Assembly: GCA_963766715.1 (NCBI GenBank)
Contig: CAVYBH010000013.1
Location: forward strand, 1 to 64,000
Direction: 5' to 3'
Length of the DNA: 64,000 bases
Source: an uncultured delta proteobacterium
GTDB lineage: Bacteria; Myxococcota; Myxococcia; Myxococcales; Anaeromyxobacteraceae
In this document: one piece after another, positions 41,667 through 53,154 of the stretch
Layout: each line of letters starts with the position of its first letter
How positions within the stretch are numbered: the stretch's first letter is position 1
Notes under the pieces: model-generated
What the model saw: the letters and a program-made list of their open reading frames with translations, nothing else
The model's database searches: none
What the model was told of the DNA's origin: nothing
Translations under genes and position numbers: made by a program

Positions 41667-41812
41667 GTGAGCCTTTCAGCCTAGCCTCCCGTGCCGCATC
41701 GCGGCAAGGACGCCGAGGCCTCATGGGGCCCCTAACCGGGCGATCCTCGCGCCGCCAGCCACGGCCCGAAAGGCGACCGCCGGGGCGGGTCGACGGCAGA
41801 TACACTCGCGCC

Positions 41813-42831
41813 ATGCCCCCCAGGCGCCTCCTCGCCCCGCTGGCGGCCCTGACCGTCACCGTGGTGGTCGGCACGGTCGGCTACTGGGTGCTGGGGGCGG
41901 CCGGTGGCCGCTCTTCACCTGCGCGTACATGACCGTCACCACCGTCTCCACGGTGGGCTTCGGCGAGCTGCTCCCGGTCGGCGAGGTGCCGTTCGGGCGG
42001 CCCTTCACCATGCTGCTCGTGATCACGGGCACGCTCAACCTGTGGTGGTTCATGGCCAGCGTCACCGCCTTCCTCGTCGAGGGCGAGATGCTCGGGATCG
42101 GCCGGAGGCGTCGAATGTCGACGCAGCTCGAGAAGATGCGGGACCACGTGGTGGTCTGCGGGGCGGGCTCCACCGGCATCCACGCGGTCCGGGAGCTCTC
42201 CCAGCTGGGCACCCCGTTCGTGATCGTGGACCGGGACGCGACCGTGGCCGGCGACGCCGCCCGGCTCCACGGGGGCGCCGCGGTGGTGGGCGACGCCACC
42301 CACGACGAGGTGCTCGAGCAGGCCGGAATCGGCCGGGCCCGGGGGGTCATCTCGGCGCTCACCGACGACAAGGACAACCTCTACGTCACGGTGACGGCGC
42401 GCGCGCTCAACCCGGGGCTGCGCATCGTGGCCAAGGCCATCGACGTCAAGGCCGAGCCCAAGCTGCGCCGGGCCGGGGCCGACAGCGTCGTGTCGCCGAA
42501 CGCGATGGGCGGCCTCCGCATGGTCTCCGAGATGCTGCGGCCCGAGGTGACCACCTTCCTCGACACCATGCTCCGCAACAAGGAGCAGCCCCTGCGCATC
42601 GCCGAGATCGCGGTCCCGGCCCGATCCCCCTGGGCGGGCCGGCCGCTCGCCGACCTCGACCTGGGGAGCCGCGGACTCCTCCTGCTGGCGTCGCGCAGCC
42701 CGGCAACCGAGGGTGGGCATTTCACCTACAGCCCTCCCGAGGACTCGATCGTGGCGGGAGGCTCGGTGCTCATCGTCCTCGGGCCTCCAGGAGACGTCGG
42801 AACGTTGAGCACGGAGGTCGCCCCGGGGTAG
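41813..42831 (+). CDS. Potassium channel with TrkA-N/TrkA-C (RCK) domains (frameshift near 41900)
   Basis: TVGFG selectivity filter, CGAGSTG and GDAT motifs, C-terminal RCK_C. Confidence 0.9.
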
Positions 42832-42852
42832 AAAGTCCCTGGAGGGTTCCCC

Positions 42853-44008
42853 TTGCTCCAGTGCTTCCACTGCGGGTCGCCGCTGGACGCGGCCCTGTCC
42901 GAGTGCCCGGCCTGCGGGGCCGAGATTGAGGTATCCCGGCTGACCGGGGTGCTGGGCAGCGTCTGTCGCGGCTGCGACGCCTTCAACGAGCCCGGCTCCT
43001 CGATCTGCGTCTCCTGCGGACAGCCGCTCCTGGCCGGCGCCCCGATCCCGATGGTCGAGGCCGACCTCCTCGATGCGGAGCCGGACGGCGGCGCTCCGTC
43101 GCCCCACGAGCTCCCTCCCATCGACTTCGAGGCCGTCCTGGTCCCCGAGCCGGAGCCGGGGCCCTGGCTCGCCGCGGACCCGCTCGACCCCATCGACCTC
43201 ATCGACCCGGTGGCGACCCCCACGCCGCGCGACGCCCTGGCGCAGCCGCTCCCGGCCGCTCGCCCGGCCCCGCTCCCCTTCGAGTCGCTCGAGCTCGAGC
43301 CCGACCCCGCCACGACGTCCCTGCCCCTCTCCGGATCTGGCAGGCCCGTGCCAGCTGCGGGTGGAGCGCGGAGACGGCCTGGAGGGCTCGGCCTTCCCGG
43401 TCGGCTCGGAGGAGGTCTCGGTGGGAAGCAGCGAAGGGACGATCGCCTTCGCCTCCGACCCCAGCCTCGCTCCCCGGCACGCGACCTTCTTCGTTCGCGG
43501 CGGGCGCATGCAAGTGCGCGACGAGGGCTCCTCCGGGGGGACGTTCCTCCGGCTTCGCGGCCTCACCGTGCCGCTGCGACCCGGCGACGCGTTCGCCGTC
43601 GGCGACCGGCTCCTCCGCTTCGGGGGTCCCCTCCCCGCCGCCGCCCCGCCCGCGCCGGACGGCACCCGGCGACTCGGCTCGCCCCGGCCCACCGGACACG
43701 CCGTCCTGCTCGAGGAGCGGTTGGCGGGCGGCGTCACCGGACGCGTCTGGCTGCGCGCCGGCTCCTCCGTGTCGCTCGGCCGCGCCGGGTGCTCGGTGAA
43801 CCTGGGCGACGACCCCTTCCTTTCGCAGGCGCACGCCGAGGTGATCCTCGAGGGAGACGGAACGGCGCGGCTGCGGGACCTGGGCTCCGCCAACGGGACG
43901 TTCCTCCGCCTCCCTCCCCGCTCCGAGCGCGAGCTCCAGGACGGAGACCTCGTCCGGGTCGGCCGCCAGGTGCTCCGGGTGTCCGTCCCGTCCGAGAGGG
44001 GAGCCTGA
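42853..44008 (+). CDS. Zinc-ribbon + tandem FHA domain protein (frameshift near 43330)
   Basis: Four CxxC pairs, acidic Pro-rich linker, GR..S..HA..SANGT FHA motifs. Confidence 0.82.
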
Positions 44009-44010
44009 CC

Positions 44011-44373
44011 ATGGCCGTCGTCTTCGTCACCATCGCCCCGCTGGGCACCGCCACCCCCAGCCTGTCGCGCTACGTCGCCGGCGTGGAGCGCATCCTCCGG
44101 AAGAGCGGCCTCGTCCACCAGCTCACCGCCATGGGAACCATCATCGAGGGCGACCTCGACCGGATCCTGTCGGTCGTCCGCGAGATGCACGAGGCGCCGT
44201 TCGGCGAGGGGGCGGTCCGGGTGTCGACGCTCGTGAAGATCGACGACCGGCGGGACAAGGAGCACACCATCGCGCGCAAGATGCGCTCGGTGGAGGAGAA
44301 GCTGCGGGCGGCCGAGGAGCCGGTCAGCCGACCACGAACACGGCGCACGACCGCGCGCCGTGCGCGCCGATGA
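44011..44373 (+). CDS. MTH1187/YkoF thiamine-binding family protein
   Basis: PLGT..SLSRYVA, LTAMGTIIEG and KIDDRRDK motifs. Confidence 0.88.
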   Translation: MAVVFVTIAPLGTATPSLSRYVAGVERILRKSGLVHQLTAMGTIIEGDLDRILSVVREMHEAPFGEGAVRVSTLVKIDDRRDKEHTIARKMRSVEEKLRAAEEPVSRPRTRRTTARRARR

Positions 44374-44911
44374 CGAGCGACTGCTCGATGTCGGCGGTCT
44401 TGGACGGCCCCGAGATGAAGAGGCCGTAGCCCGGGCGCGGCAGCGTGATGCGCCCGTAGGCCTCCTGCATGTCGTTCACAACGTCCTCGGCGCGGACCAC
44501 GAGCACCAGGTGCTCGGGGATGACGAAGACCGCGCGGTGGGGCCCGAGGCTCTCCCCCTTCACCCAGACCGCGCCGTTCTCGGCCACGCCCACCTCGCCC
44601 GGGATGGCGGCCACGTCCAGGTCGGCCAGCTCGTGGGGATCCGCGACGGCGGCCAGGTCCACGGTCGCGCCCGCGAGCCCGGACACGAGCGAGACCCGGC
44701 GCGGCGACGACCAGACCGGAAGGCGCCCCACCTCCGCGGCGAGCGCGGCGGCGTCGGCCACGCGGTACGGATGGCCTCCGACCCCCTTCACCGACTCGAG
44801 GAAGCGGACGACCGGGTCCCCCTGCTTCACCGGCGCGGGGTGCTTCGGCGCCGGGATCGGACTGGCCCCGGAGGCGCGCAGCGCCTGGAGGATGGCCTCG
44901 CGGGCGGTCAC
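44324..44911 (-). CDS. lutC: Lactate utilisation protein C (LUD domain)
   Basis: GVAENG and ISGPSKTADIEQSLVIGAHG motifs. Confidence 0.92.
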   Translation of the reverse strand: MTAREAILQALRASGASPIPAPKHPAPVKQGDPVVRFLESVKGVGGHPYRVADAAALAAEVGRLPVWSSPRRVSLVSGLAGATVDLAAVADPHELADLDVAAIPGEVGVAENGAVWVKGESLGPHRAVFVIPEHLVLVVRAEDVVNDMQEAYGRITLPRPGYGLFISGPSKTADIEQSLVIGAHGARSCAVFVVG

Positions 44912-46296
44912 GTCCCGGCCCCCGGCTTCCCCGCCTCTTCGCGGTCGTAGAGATCGGCGAAGGACTCCTTCGGCGCCACCGGGAGCTCGCGGCCGCGCGC
45001 CCAGATGGCCATCGGGCCGACCTTGGCGAGCCCCGGGGCGACCCGGAGCAGCCAGCGCGCCATCCGTCCGCCGGTCCGGAAGAGGGCGGGGCGCGCCATG
45101 GCGAAGGAGGCGGCCTTCATCCCCAGCCGCTTCCCCAGCGGCACGAGCTTCTCCTCCCCGGCCTCCTGCCGGAGGACGAGCAACTGGTGGTGGAGGTCCA
45201 CCTTGACCGGGCAGACGTCGGTGCACGAGCCGCAGAGGCTCGACGCGAAGGGCAGGCTGGCGTGCGCGCCCAGATCCCGGTGGGCCCCGAGCACCGAGCC
45301 GATGGGGCCGGGGATGAGGTAGCTGTAGCTGTATCCGCCGCTCCGCCGGTACACCGGGCAGGTGTTGAGGCAGGCCCCGCAGCGGATGCAGGCGAGCGCC
45401 TTTCGCCGGTGCTCCTCGGCGAGCATCTTGCTCCGCCCGTTGTCGACGATGACGACGTGGGTCTCGCCCCCGGGGAGCGGCGCGTGGAAGTGGGTGGTGT
45501 AGGAGGAGACCGGCTGGCCCGTGGCGCTCCTCGCCAGCAGCCGCAGGAAGATCCCCAGGTCGGCGAGCCGCGGGATGACCTTCTCCACCCCCATCGAGGC
45601 GATGTGCACGGGCGGCAGCGTCGTCCCCATGTCGGCGTTGCCCTCGTTCGTCACCACCACGAAGCCGCCGGTCTCCGCGATGGCGAAGTTCACCCCGGTG
45701 AGGCCGGCCTGGGCGCCCAGGAACTTCTCGCGGAGGTGGCCGCGCGCCTTCTCGGTGAGCAAGGTGGGATCGGAGAGGCCCTTCGGCGTCCCCAGCTTCT
45801 CGTGGAAGAGCTCGCCGATCTCCTCCTTCTTGCGGTGGATGGCGGGCATGACGATGTGCGACGGGGGCTCGCCGGCCAGCTGGACGATCCGCTCGCCCAG
45901 GTCGGTGTCCACCACCTCGATGCCCCGGGCCTCGAGGAACGGGTTCAGGTGGCACTCCTCGGTGAGCATCGACTTCGACTTCACCATCCGCGTGACGCCG
46001 TGCCGCTCCAGGATCCCGTGGACGATCCGGTTGTGCTCCTCGCCGTCGCGGGCCCAGTGCACCTGCATGCCATTGGCCTTCGCGTTGCGCTCGAACTCCT
46101 CGAGGTACTCGGCGAGGCGGGAGAGGGTGTGCTCCTTGATGCCCGACGCGGTCTCCCGGAGGGCCTCCCACTCCGGGACGGTGGCCGCGCCCCGATCGCG
46201 CTTCACCCGGACGAACCAGAGCGCCTTGTCGTGCCAGTGGGCGCGCTCGTCGTCGAGCACGAAGGCACGGGCCTTCTCTGGGTGGTGGTGGATCAC
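44908..46296 (-). CDS. lutB: Lactate utilisation protein B (Fe-S)
   Basis: KSKSMLTEE, TDLGE, PSHIVMPAIH and CIRCGACLNTCP motifs. Confidence 0.95.
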   Translation of the reverse strand: MIHHHPEKARAFVLDDERAHWHDKALWFVRVKRDRGAATVPEWEALRETASGIKEHTLSRLAEYLEEFERNAKANGMQVHWARDGEEHNRIVHGILERHGVTRMVKSKSMLTEECHLNPFLEARGIEVVDTDLGERIVQLAGEPPSHIVMPAIHRKKEEIGELFHEKLGTPKGLSDPTLLTEKARGHLREKFLGAQAGLTGVNFAIAETGGFVVVTNEGNADMGTTLPPVHIASMGVEKVIPRLADLGIFLRLLARSATGQPVSSYTTHFHAPLPGGETHVVIVDNGRSKMLAEEHRRKALACIRCGACLNTCPVYRRSGGYSYSYLIPGPIGSVLGAHRDLGAHASLPFASSLCGSCTDVCPVKVDLHHQLLVLRQEAGEEKLVPLGKRLGMKAASFAMARPALFRTGGRMARWLLRVAPGLAKVGPMAIWARGRELPVAPKESFADLYDREEAGKPGAGT

Positions 46297-47045
46297 CGGG
46301 AGAGCCTCGCCTTCTCGAGCATCTCGGCCACGTGCACCACCGGGAGCCGGGTGCCGTCCCGGCGCGCCAGCGCGTCGAGGTGCATGAGGCAGGACATGTC
46401 GTAGCCGGCGATCACCTCGGCCCCGGCACGGACGTGGTCGGCGATCCGGTCGCGCCCCATCATGCAGGAGACCGCGTCCTCGGTGACCGCGAAGGTCCCG
46501 CCGAAGCCGCAGCACTCGTCGGGGCGCTCCAGGTCGACGAGCTCGATGCCCCGCAGCTGGCCGATGAGCTGGCGCGTCTTGTCGAACGGGGCGTCCATCC
46601 GCTCGCTCGAGCTGGACTCGCGCAGCTCCCGGATGCCGTGGCAGCTGCGGTGCAGCCCCACCTTGTGGCGGTACTCGCCGTCCACCCGGGCAACCTTCAC
46701 CACGTCGACCAGGTACTCGGAGAGATCGAAGGTTCGCCCGGTGAGCTCCCGGACCTCCGCGGTGTCGCCGAGGAGATCCGGGTAGTGGAGCTTCACCATC
46801 GAGACGCAGCTGGCCGAGGGCGCGACCACGGCCTCGTATCCCGCGAAGAGGCGGAGGAAGCGCTCGGCGAGCGGCCGCGCCTCGCGCGAGCAGCCCGTGT
46901 TGTACATGGGCTGCCCGCAGCAGGTCTGGTCCCGGGGGTACTCGACCTCGAGGCCGAGCCCCCGCAGGACCCGCAGCGTCGCCAGTCCCACCCGGGGGAA
47001 GAACTGGTCGACGTAGCAGGGGATGAAGAGCCCGACCTTCGACAT
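46293..47045 (-). CDS. lutA: Lactate utilisation protein A (CCG domains)
   Basis: QTCCGQP and ECCGFGGTF motifs. Confidence 0.95.
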   Translation of the reverse strand: MSKVGLFIPCYVDQFFPRVGLATLRVLRGLGLEVEYPRDQTCCGQPMYNTGCSREARPLAERFLRLFAGYEAVVAPSASCVSMVKLHYPDLLGDTAEVRELTGRTFDLSEYLVDVVKVARVDGEYRHKVGLHRSCHGIRELRESSSSERMDAPFDKTRQLIGQLRGIELVDLERPDECCGFGGTFAVTEDAVSCMMGRDRIADHVRAGAEVIAGYDMSCLMHLDALARRDGTRLPVVHVAEMLEKARLSR

Positions 47046-47055
47046 TCCGCCTCGC

Positions 47056-48692
47056 CTAGTGGGGGATCATCCACTGGAAGTAGTTGTGCTGCAGGAAGAC
47101 GAGCACGCCCACCAGGCAGGCGAGCACGAGGCTGTGCCAGAAGACGTAGCGCAGGATCTCGCCCTCCTTGCCGTGCTCCCCGGTGGCGACCGCCGCCACC
47201 ACGATGGACTGGGCGTCGATCATCTTGCCCATGACGCCGCCGGAGCTGTTCGACGCCGCGGCGAGGATGGGCGACATCCCCAGCTTCTCGGCCGACACCA
47301 CCTGGAGGTTCCCGAAGAGGACGTTCGACGAGGTGTCCGACCCGGTCAGCGCCACGCCCAGCCAGCCGAGCAGCGGCGAGAAGAACGGGAAGAGGGCGCC
47401 GGTCGAGGCGAAGGCGAGGCCCATCGTCGAGTCGGAGCCGGAGAAGCGGGTCACGAAGCCGAGGGCCAGCATGGCCGCGATGGTGAGCAGCGAGAACCGG
47501 ACCCGCTTCAGCGTGGACAGGTAGGTCTTCACCAGGTCGCCGAGGCCCATCTTCAGCCACAGGCCGGAGACCAGCCCGGTGAGCAGGAGGCTCGTGCCGG
47601 TGGCCGAGAGGATGTTGAAGACGTACTTGGCGTCCTCGAGGGCGGGCTTCTTGGCGACGGGCGGGACCTTCTGCACGAGCTTGTGGAGGCCGGTCATCTC
47701 GAAGGCCGGCGCGAAGATGCCGTTCAGCCAGGTCTTCACCACCGGCTGGCCCCAGATGAACACGAAGACGGTGAGGACGATCCAGGGCATCCAGGCCATG
47801 AAGGCCTCGCCGCCCGAGTGCTTCTTGATGACGGCGTGGGCGGCTCCTCGCGCTCCTCGGGGAAGCGCCAGATGTGCTTCGGCTGCCAGAACTTGAGGAG
47901 CGTGTAGGTGGCGCCGATGGAGACGATGGCGGCCACGATGTCGACGAGCGACGGACCGAAGTAGTTGGAGACGATGAACTGGGGGATGGCGAAGAAGACG
48001 CCGGCCACCAGGCAGGCCGGCCAGACCTCGACCATTCCCTTGAACCCGGACATGGCCCAGACCAGCCAGAAGGGCACGATGACCGAGAAGAAGGGCAGCT
48101 GGCGGCCCGCCATCGCGGAGAGCTGCATCTCGGAGAGCCCCGTCACCTTGGCGAGCGTGATGATGGGCGTGCCGAGCGCGCCGTAGGCCACCGGCGCGGT
48201 GTTCCCGATGAGGGCCAGGCCGGCGGCGGCGAGCGGCTTGAAGCCGAGGCCGATGAGCATGGCGGCCGAGATGGCCACCGGCGTGCCGAAGCCGGCCGCG
48301 CCCTCGATGAAGGCGCCGAAGGCGAAGCCGATGAGGAGCACCTGGATGCGCCGGTCGGCCGCGATGCCCGCGATGGTGTCCTTCACCACCTCGAACTTCC
48401 CGGTCTTCACGCTGATGTCGTAGACGAAGATGGCGTTCAGGATGATCCAGCCGATGGGCATCAGGCCGAAGAGCGCGCCGTTCACCGCCGACATCGTGGC
48501 CATCCCGGCCGGCATCCCGTAGACGAAGACCGCCACGGCCCAGGCGGAGGCGAGACCCAGCACGGCGGCCCAGTGCGCCTTCACGTGGAAGAAGGCCAGC
48601 GCCCCGAGGAGCAGGATGACGGGGATCGCCGCCACCAGCGCGGAGATGAAGAGGTTGTTCGCTACCGGTGAATATACCTGCGTCCAGGTCAT
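47056..48692 (-). CDS. lctP: L-lactate permease (frameshift near 47840)
   Basis: [17 protein letters not shown] and GKMIDAQS motifs. Confidence 0.95.
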
Positions 48693-48780
48693 CGGTGTTC
48701 CCTCCCAGGGGTGCGCGAATTGAACCTTGCCAGGGGTCCTCGACTCAAGGGGTCCGGTACGATTTCTTCGACACGCTGCG

Positions 48781-51637
48781 TCAGTCCATCCGGGATGCGG
48801 CCCGGTCGGCCAGGTGGACGATGGAACGGTACGGGATCCCGCCGTGCAGGCTGAGGCCGATCTCGCAGGTCCGGCTGTTCGACACGCCCTCCGTGCACCC
48901 CTTCACGCCTGCCGCCAGCTCGGACAGCGCGGCTGCGTTCAGCTCGGGGTGGGTGAAGCCGCGGTCGCCGGCGAACCCGCAGCACCCGACGCGGGGCGGC
49001 ACGACCACCTCGGCGGCGCAGGCGCGCGCCACCGCCTCGAGCTTCGGGCCGAGCCCCATCTTGGTGGAGCTGCAGGTGACGTGGACCGCCACCTTCCCCG
49101 GCAGCCGGGAGAAGCGCAGCTTGTCGAGGAGGTGGTCGTGGATGAACTCGGCCGGCTCGAGGAGCACGAGCCTGGGGTCCATCTTCTTCCGCATGCGCTG
49201 CAGGCACGGGCTGGTGTCGCAGAGGATCGCGATGCGTCCGTCGTCGCTGGCGGCGAAGAGCGCCCGCTCGAGCTCGTGGAGCTTGGCGTCGGCGATGTCG
49301 CGGAAGCCCTTGGAGTCGAAGGACAGCCCGCAGCACAGCGAGTCGAGGGCGGCCGGGAAGAGGACGTCGTAGTCGGCCTTTCCCAGGAGCGACAGCGTGG
49401 AGTCGAAGACGGCGCGCGGGTCGTCGTCGTTCCGGGCCGGCCCCATGGTCCGGGCGATGCACGACGGGAAGTAGACGACCTCGCGCCCCTTCCCCCGGTA
49501 GACGTTCTGCAGCGCGCCGGGCCGGGCGGGACGGGGCATGGCCTCGTTCCAGGCCGGGAGCCGCTCGCCCGTCAGGCCGCGGGCGCCGCGGGAGAGCGCC
49601 CCCATGAGCCGGGTCCCGAGCACGGCGTGGGCGGCGTCGGCCACCGCGAGCCCGCGCCGGGCCCAGGCCTCGGTCGCGGGGAAGTCGTCGGCCAGGCCGC
49701 GGGCCCGGTCCCGGGCCTTCTCCGACCAGGCCGCGCTTCGCAGCTGCTTCACGAACTCGCCGGTGTCGATGGAGACGGGGCAGGCCGTGGCGCAGAGGCC
49801 GTCGGTCGCGCAGGTCTCCTCCCCCTGGTAGGCGAAGTCCTCGGCGAGCCGGGCCCGGCGCTCGGGGTCCTCGCCGGTGCGGCCGAGGCGGGCCATCTCC
49901 CGCTGGACCGTGATGCGCTGGCGGGGCGTGGTCGTCAGGGGGCGCGAGGGGCACTTGGGCTCGCAGAAGCCGCACTCGATGCACTTGTCGACGAGCGGAT
50001 CGACCTGGGGCAGCGGCTTCAGGTTCTCGAGGTAGGCCTTCGGGTTGTCGTTGAGGATCACGCCGGGATTCAGGATGCCCTTCGGGATCGAGCAGGGCCT
50101 TCACCCGCTTCATGATCCGGTAGGCCTTCTCGCCCCACTCCAGCTCGACGAAGGGCGCCATGTTGCGGCCGGTGCCGTGCTCCCCCTTGAGCGAGCCGTC
50201 GAAGCGGCGCACCACCACGTCGCAGACCTCCTCCATGAGGGCCTGGTAGCGCGCGACCTCGGCCGGGATGGCGAAGTCCTGGGTGAAGGTGAAGTGGAGG
50301 TTCCCGTCGAGGGCGTGGCCGAAGATGATTCCCTCGGCGTAGCCGTGCTGGCGCATCGCCTTCTCGAGGAAGACCGTGCCGGCCGCCAGGTGCTCGATGG
50401 GAAAGGCCACGTCCTCGATGACCACCGTGGTGCCGATCTTGCGAGCGCCCCCGACCGCGGGGAAGAGCCCCTTGCGGACGTCCCAGAGCCGCTCCTGCTC
50501 GGCCTTCCCGTCGGTGAACCTCACCGGGTGGAGCTTGCGCACCTCCTCGATGAGCCGTTCGGCCTCCTCGGCCTGGCGCAGGAGCTCGGCCCGCTCGGCG
50601 GCCCGCGTCTCCACGAGGAGCGCGCACGCACTGGGGCCGAGCTCGGCCAGGTGGGCCGGCATGCCGGGCTTGTCCTGTACCGATCGGATCGAGGCCCGAT
50701 CCATGAGCTCGACCGCCGACACCGGCCCGCCCCGGAGGCGCTGGGTGGCGATGGCGGCCTGCTCGATGTCCGGGAAGAGGACGAGCGCGCTCGCCTTGTG
50801 CGGATGGTCGACGACGGTCCGCAGCGTCACCTCGGAGATGAAGGCGAGCGTGCCCTCGGAGCCCACCATGAGGTGCAGGAGGATGTCGACGGGGTCCCGG
50901 TGGTCGACGAAGGAGTTGAGGGCGTAGCCGGTGGTGTTCTTGATCCGGTACTTCTCGCGGATCCGGCGGGAGAGGGTCTCGTCGGCCGCGATCTCGTCCC
51001 GCAGCGCCGCGAGCCCCTCGAGCAGCGGGCCGTGGGAGGCGGCCAGCCGGGCGCGCGCGGCGGGATCCGAGGTGTCGACCTCGGTGCCGTCCGCCAGCAC
51101 GAGGCGCATGCTCTCCACGGTCTCGTAGCTGTTGAGCGCGGTGCCGCAGCACATGCCGGCCGCGTTGTTGGCCACGATCCCGCCGATCATGCAGGCGTTG
51201 ATCGAGGCCGGGTCGGGCCCGATCTTGCGCCCCAGCGGCGCCAGGAAGGCGTTGGCCTCGGCGCCGATGACGCCCGGCTCGAGGACGATGCGGTCGCCGC
51301 CTCCCTCGATCCTCCAGCCGCGCCAGCCGCCGGCGAGGACGATCAGCACCGAGTCGGAGATGGCCTGGCCCGAGAGGCTCGTGCCGGCGGCGCGGAAGGT
51401 GACGTGGACGCCGAGGCGGCCGGCCAGGGCGACGAGGCGGGCGACCTCCTCGCGGGAGAAGGCCTTCACGACGATCTTCGGCACGAGCCGGTAGAAGCTG
51501 GCGTCGGTCCCGAAGGCGAGGGTCCGGAACGGGTCGCACATCATGCAATCCGGCGGGAGGAACGCCGCGGCCTCGTCCCAGAAGCGGCGGTGGGCGGGCG
51601 GGAGCGACTGGTGGTCCGAACGAGCGGCTCGACCCAT
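48781..51637 (-). CDS. FAD-linked Fe-S D-lactate dehydrogenase (Dld-II type; frameshift near 50075)
   Basis: FRAAGTSLSGQ, GPDPAS, GSEGTL, GEHGTG, CIECGFCE and CCG motifs. Confidence 0.9.
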
Positions 51638-51725
51638 GGGCGCCAACCTCCGTGAGGCCTGTGCAGGGCGCGCATTGTAGCACCGGCGCAGGTTTGACCC
51701 ATGGGCATCCCCGGGATAGAGGTGG

Positions 51726-52625
51726 ATGACCATGGCGCCTGCGCCGACCTGTCCGCGCTGCGGTCGCGAGAACGACCCGGCCTTCGCCTTCTGCCACGAC
51801 TGCGGTCACGGACTCCGCCCCGAGGTCGAGCGGACCTGCGCCCGCTGCGGGGCGAAGCTGCCGGGCTCCTTCCGCTTCTGCGGGCACTGCGGGCAGGCGG
51901 CCGAGGCCGCTCCCCCTCCCCGGCCCACCACGCCCTCCTCCCCGCGGCTCGACGCCCCCTCGCCCGTCACCCACGCCGTGGCCCCGCCCGGACCCGGTGC
52001 GCCGGCGCGCCTGGTCCTCGTCCGGCACGACGGGCTCCCAGGGGCTGCACACTCCCTGGACAGGGAGGTGACGATCTGCGGACGGCGGGAGGGAGACGTG
52101 CTCCTCCCCGACGACGGCTCGGTCTCCCCGCGCCACGCCGCCTTCACCGTCCGCGACGGACGGATCCGCGTCGAGGACCTGGGCAGCACCTCGGGGACCT
52201 TCCTGCGGCTGCGCTCGCCGCGATCGCTCACCTTCGGCGACGAGATCCGGCTCGGCCGCCAGCTCCTCCGGCTCGAGCCCATGCCGCGCCCCGGCACGGC
52301 GGCGGTGGGGGCCCTGCCCTGGGGATCGACCGACCCGGGCTACCGGGCCCGCCTGGTCCAGCTCCTCGAGGGCGGAGGCCTCGGCGAGGTCATCCCCCTC
52401 CGGGCCGGCGCCAACGGAGTGGGGCGCGAGGCCGGGGAGGTGAGCTTCCCGGGGGACCGCTACGTCTCCGGCCGCCACGCGCGCATCGACGTGGGGGAGG
52501 CGGCGGTGACGCTCACCGACCTCGGCAGCTCGAACGGCACGTTCCTGCGCGTGTCAGGGCCGACGGAGATCGCCGCCGGGGACCAGGTGCTCCTGGGAAT
52601 GCAGCTGCTCCGGATCGAGGCCTGA
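51726..52625 (+). CDS. Double zinc-ribbon + tandem FHA domain protein
   Basis: CPRC/CHDC/CARC/CGHC; two GR..S.RHA..GTF FHA domains. Confidence 0.9.
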   Translation: MTMAPAPTCPRCGRENDPAFAFCHDCGHGLRPEVERTCARCGAKLPGSFRFCGHCGQAAEAAPPPRPTTPSSPRLDAPSPVTHAVAPPGPGAPARLVLVRHDGLPGAAHSLDREVTICGRREGDVLLPDDGSVSPRHAAFTVRDGRIRVEDLGSTSGTFLRLRSPRSLTFGDEIRLGRQLLRLEPMPRPGTAAVGALPWGSTDPGYRARLVQLLEGGGLGEVIPLRAGANGVGREAGEVSFPGDRYVSGRHARIDVGEAAVTLTDLGSSNGTFLRVSGPTEIAAGDQVLLGMQLLRIEA

Positions 52626-52647
52626 CGGCCGCGCCCCGCCGGGGCGG

Positions 52648-53010
52648 CTACCCGAAGCTCTTCTCGGCCTGCTCCTGCTCTTCCTTGCAGCGGATGCAGA
52701 GCGTGGTCACGGGGCGGGCCTCGAGCCGCTTCGGGGAGATCTCCTCCTCGCAGCGCTCGCAGATCCCGAAGTTCCCGGTCTCGATGCGCCCGAGCGCCTT
52801 GTCGATCTTCGCGAGGAGGAACTTCTCGCGGTCCCGGAGGCGGAAGATCATCGACTGCTGGTACTCGCTGGAGGCCTGGTCGATCTCGTCGGGGAGCTCG
52901 TTGGTGTCGAAGCTCGACTCCTCCGAGAGGGTCTTCTTCGCCGAGGCGAGGAGCTGCCGCTTCGACTCCTCGAGCATCGTCTTGAACCGCTTCAGGTCCT
53001 TCTTGTTCAA
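52648..53010 (-). CDS. dksA: RNA polymerase-binding protein DksA
   Basis: DEIDQA coiled-coil tip, CERC...CIRC zinc finger; TTG start. Confidence 0.92.
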   Translation of the reverse strand: MNKKDLKRFKTMLEESKRQLLASAKKTLSEESSFDTNELPDEIDQASSEYQQSMIFRLRDREKFLLAKIDKALGRIETGNFGICERCEEEISPKRLEARPVTTLCIRCKEEQEQAEKSFG

Positions 53011-53071
53011 GCCGCCACCCCTGTCGACCGCCCGGCGCCTGCCGGGGATCGGTTCGGAAAAAGGAACGGGG

Positions 53072-53100
53072 AGGCTAGTCGCGCCCCCCCGCACTGTCAA
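53072..53100 (-). promoter_or_regulatory. sigma70 promoter of dksA
   Basis: TTGACA-17 nt-TAGCCT. Confidence 0.7.
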
Positions 53101-53154
53101 GGAGGACCCGGGGGCGTTGTGGACAACCCCCCCGTCCTCGTCTAGACCCGTTCC

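Noticed and set aside
42853..44373. Zn-ribbon-thiamine-binding fusion ORF
   Set aside because: Frameshift near 43330; the FHA part ends at TGA 44008 and MTH1187 starts at 44011
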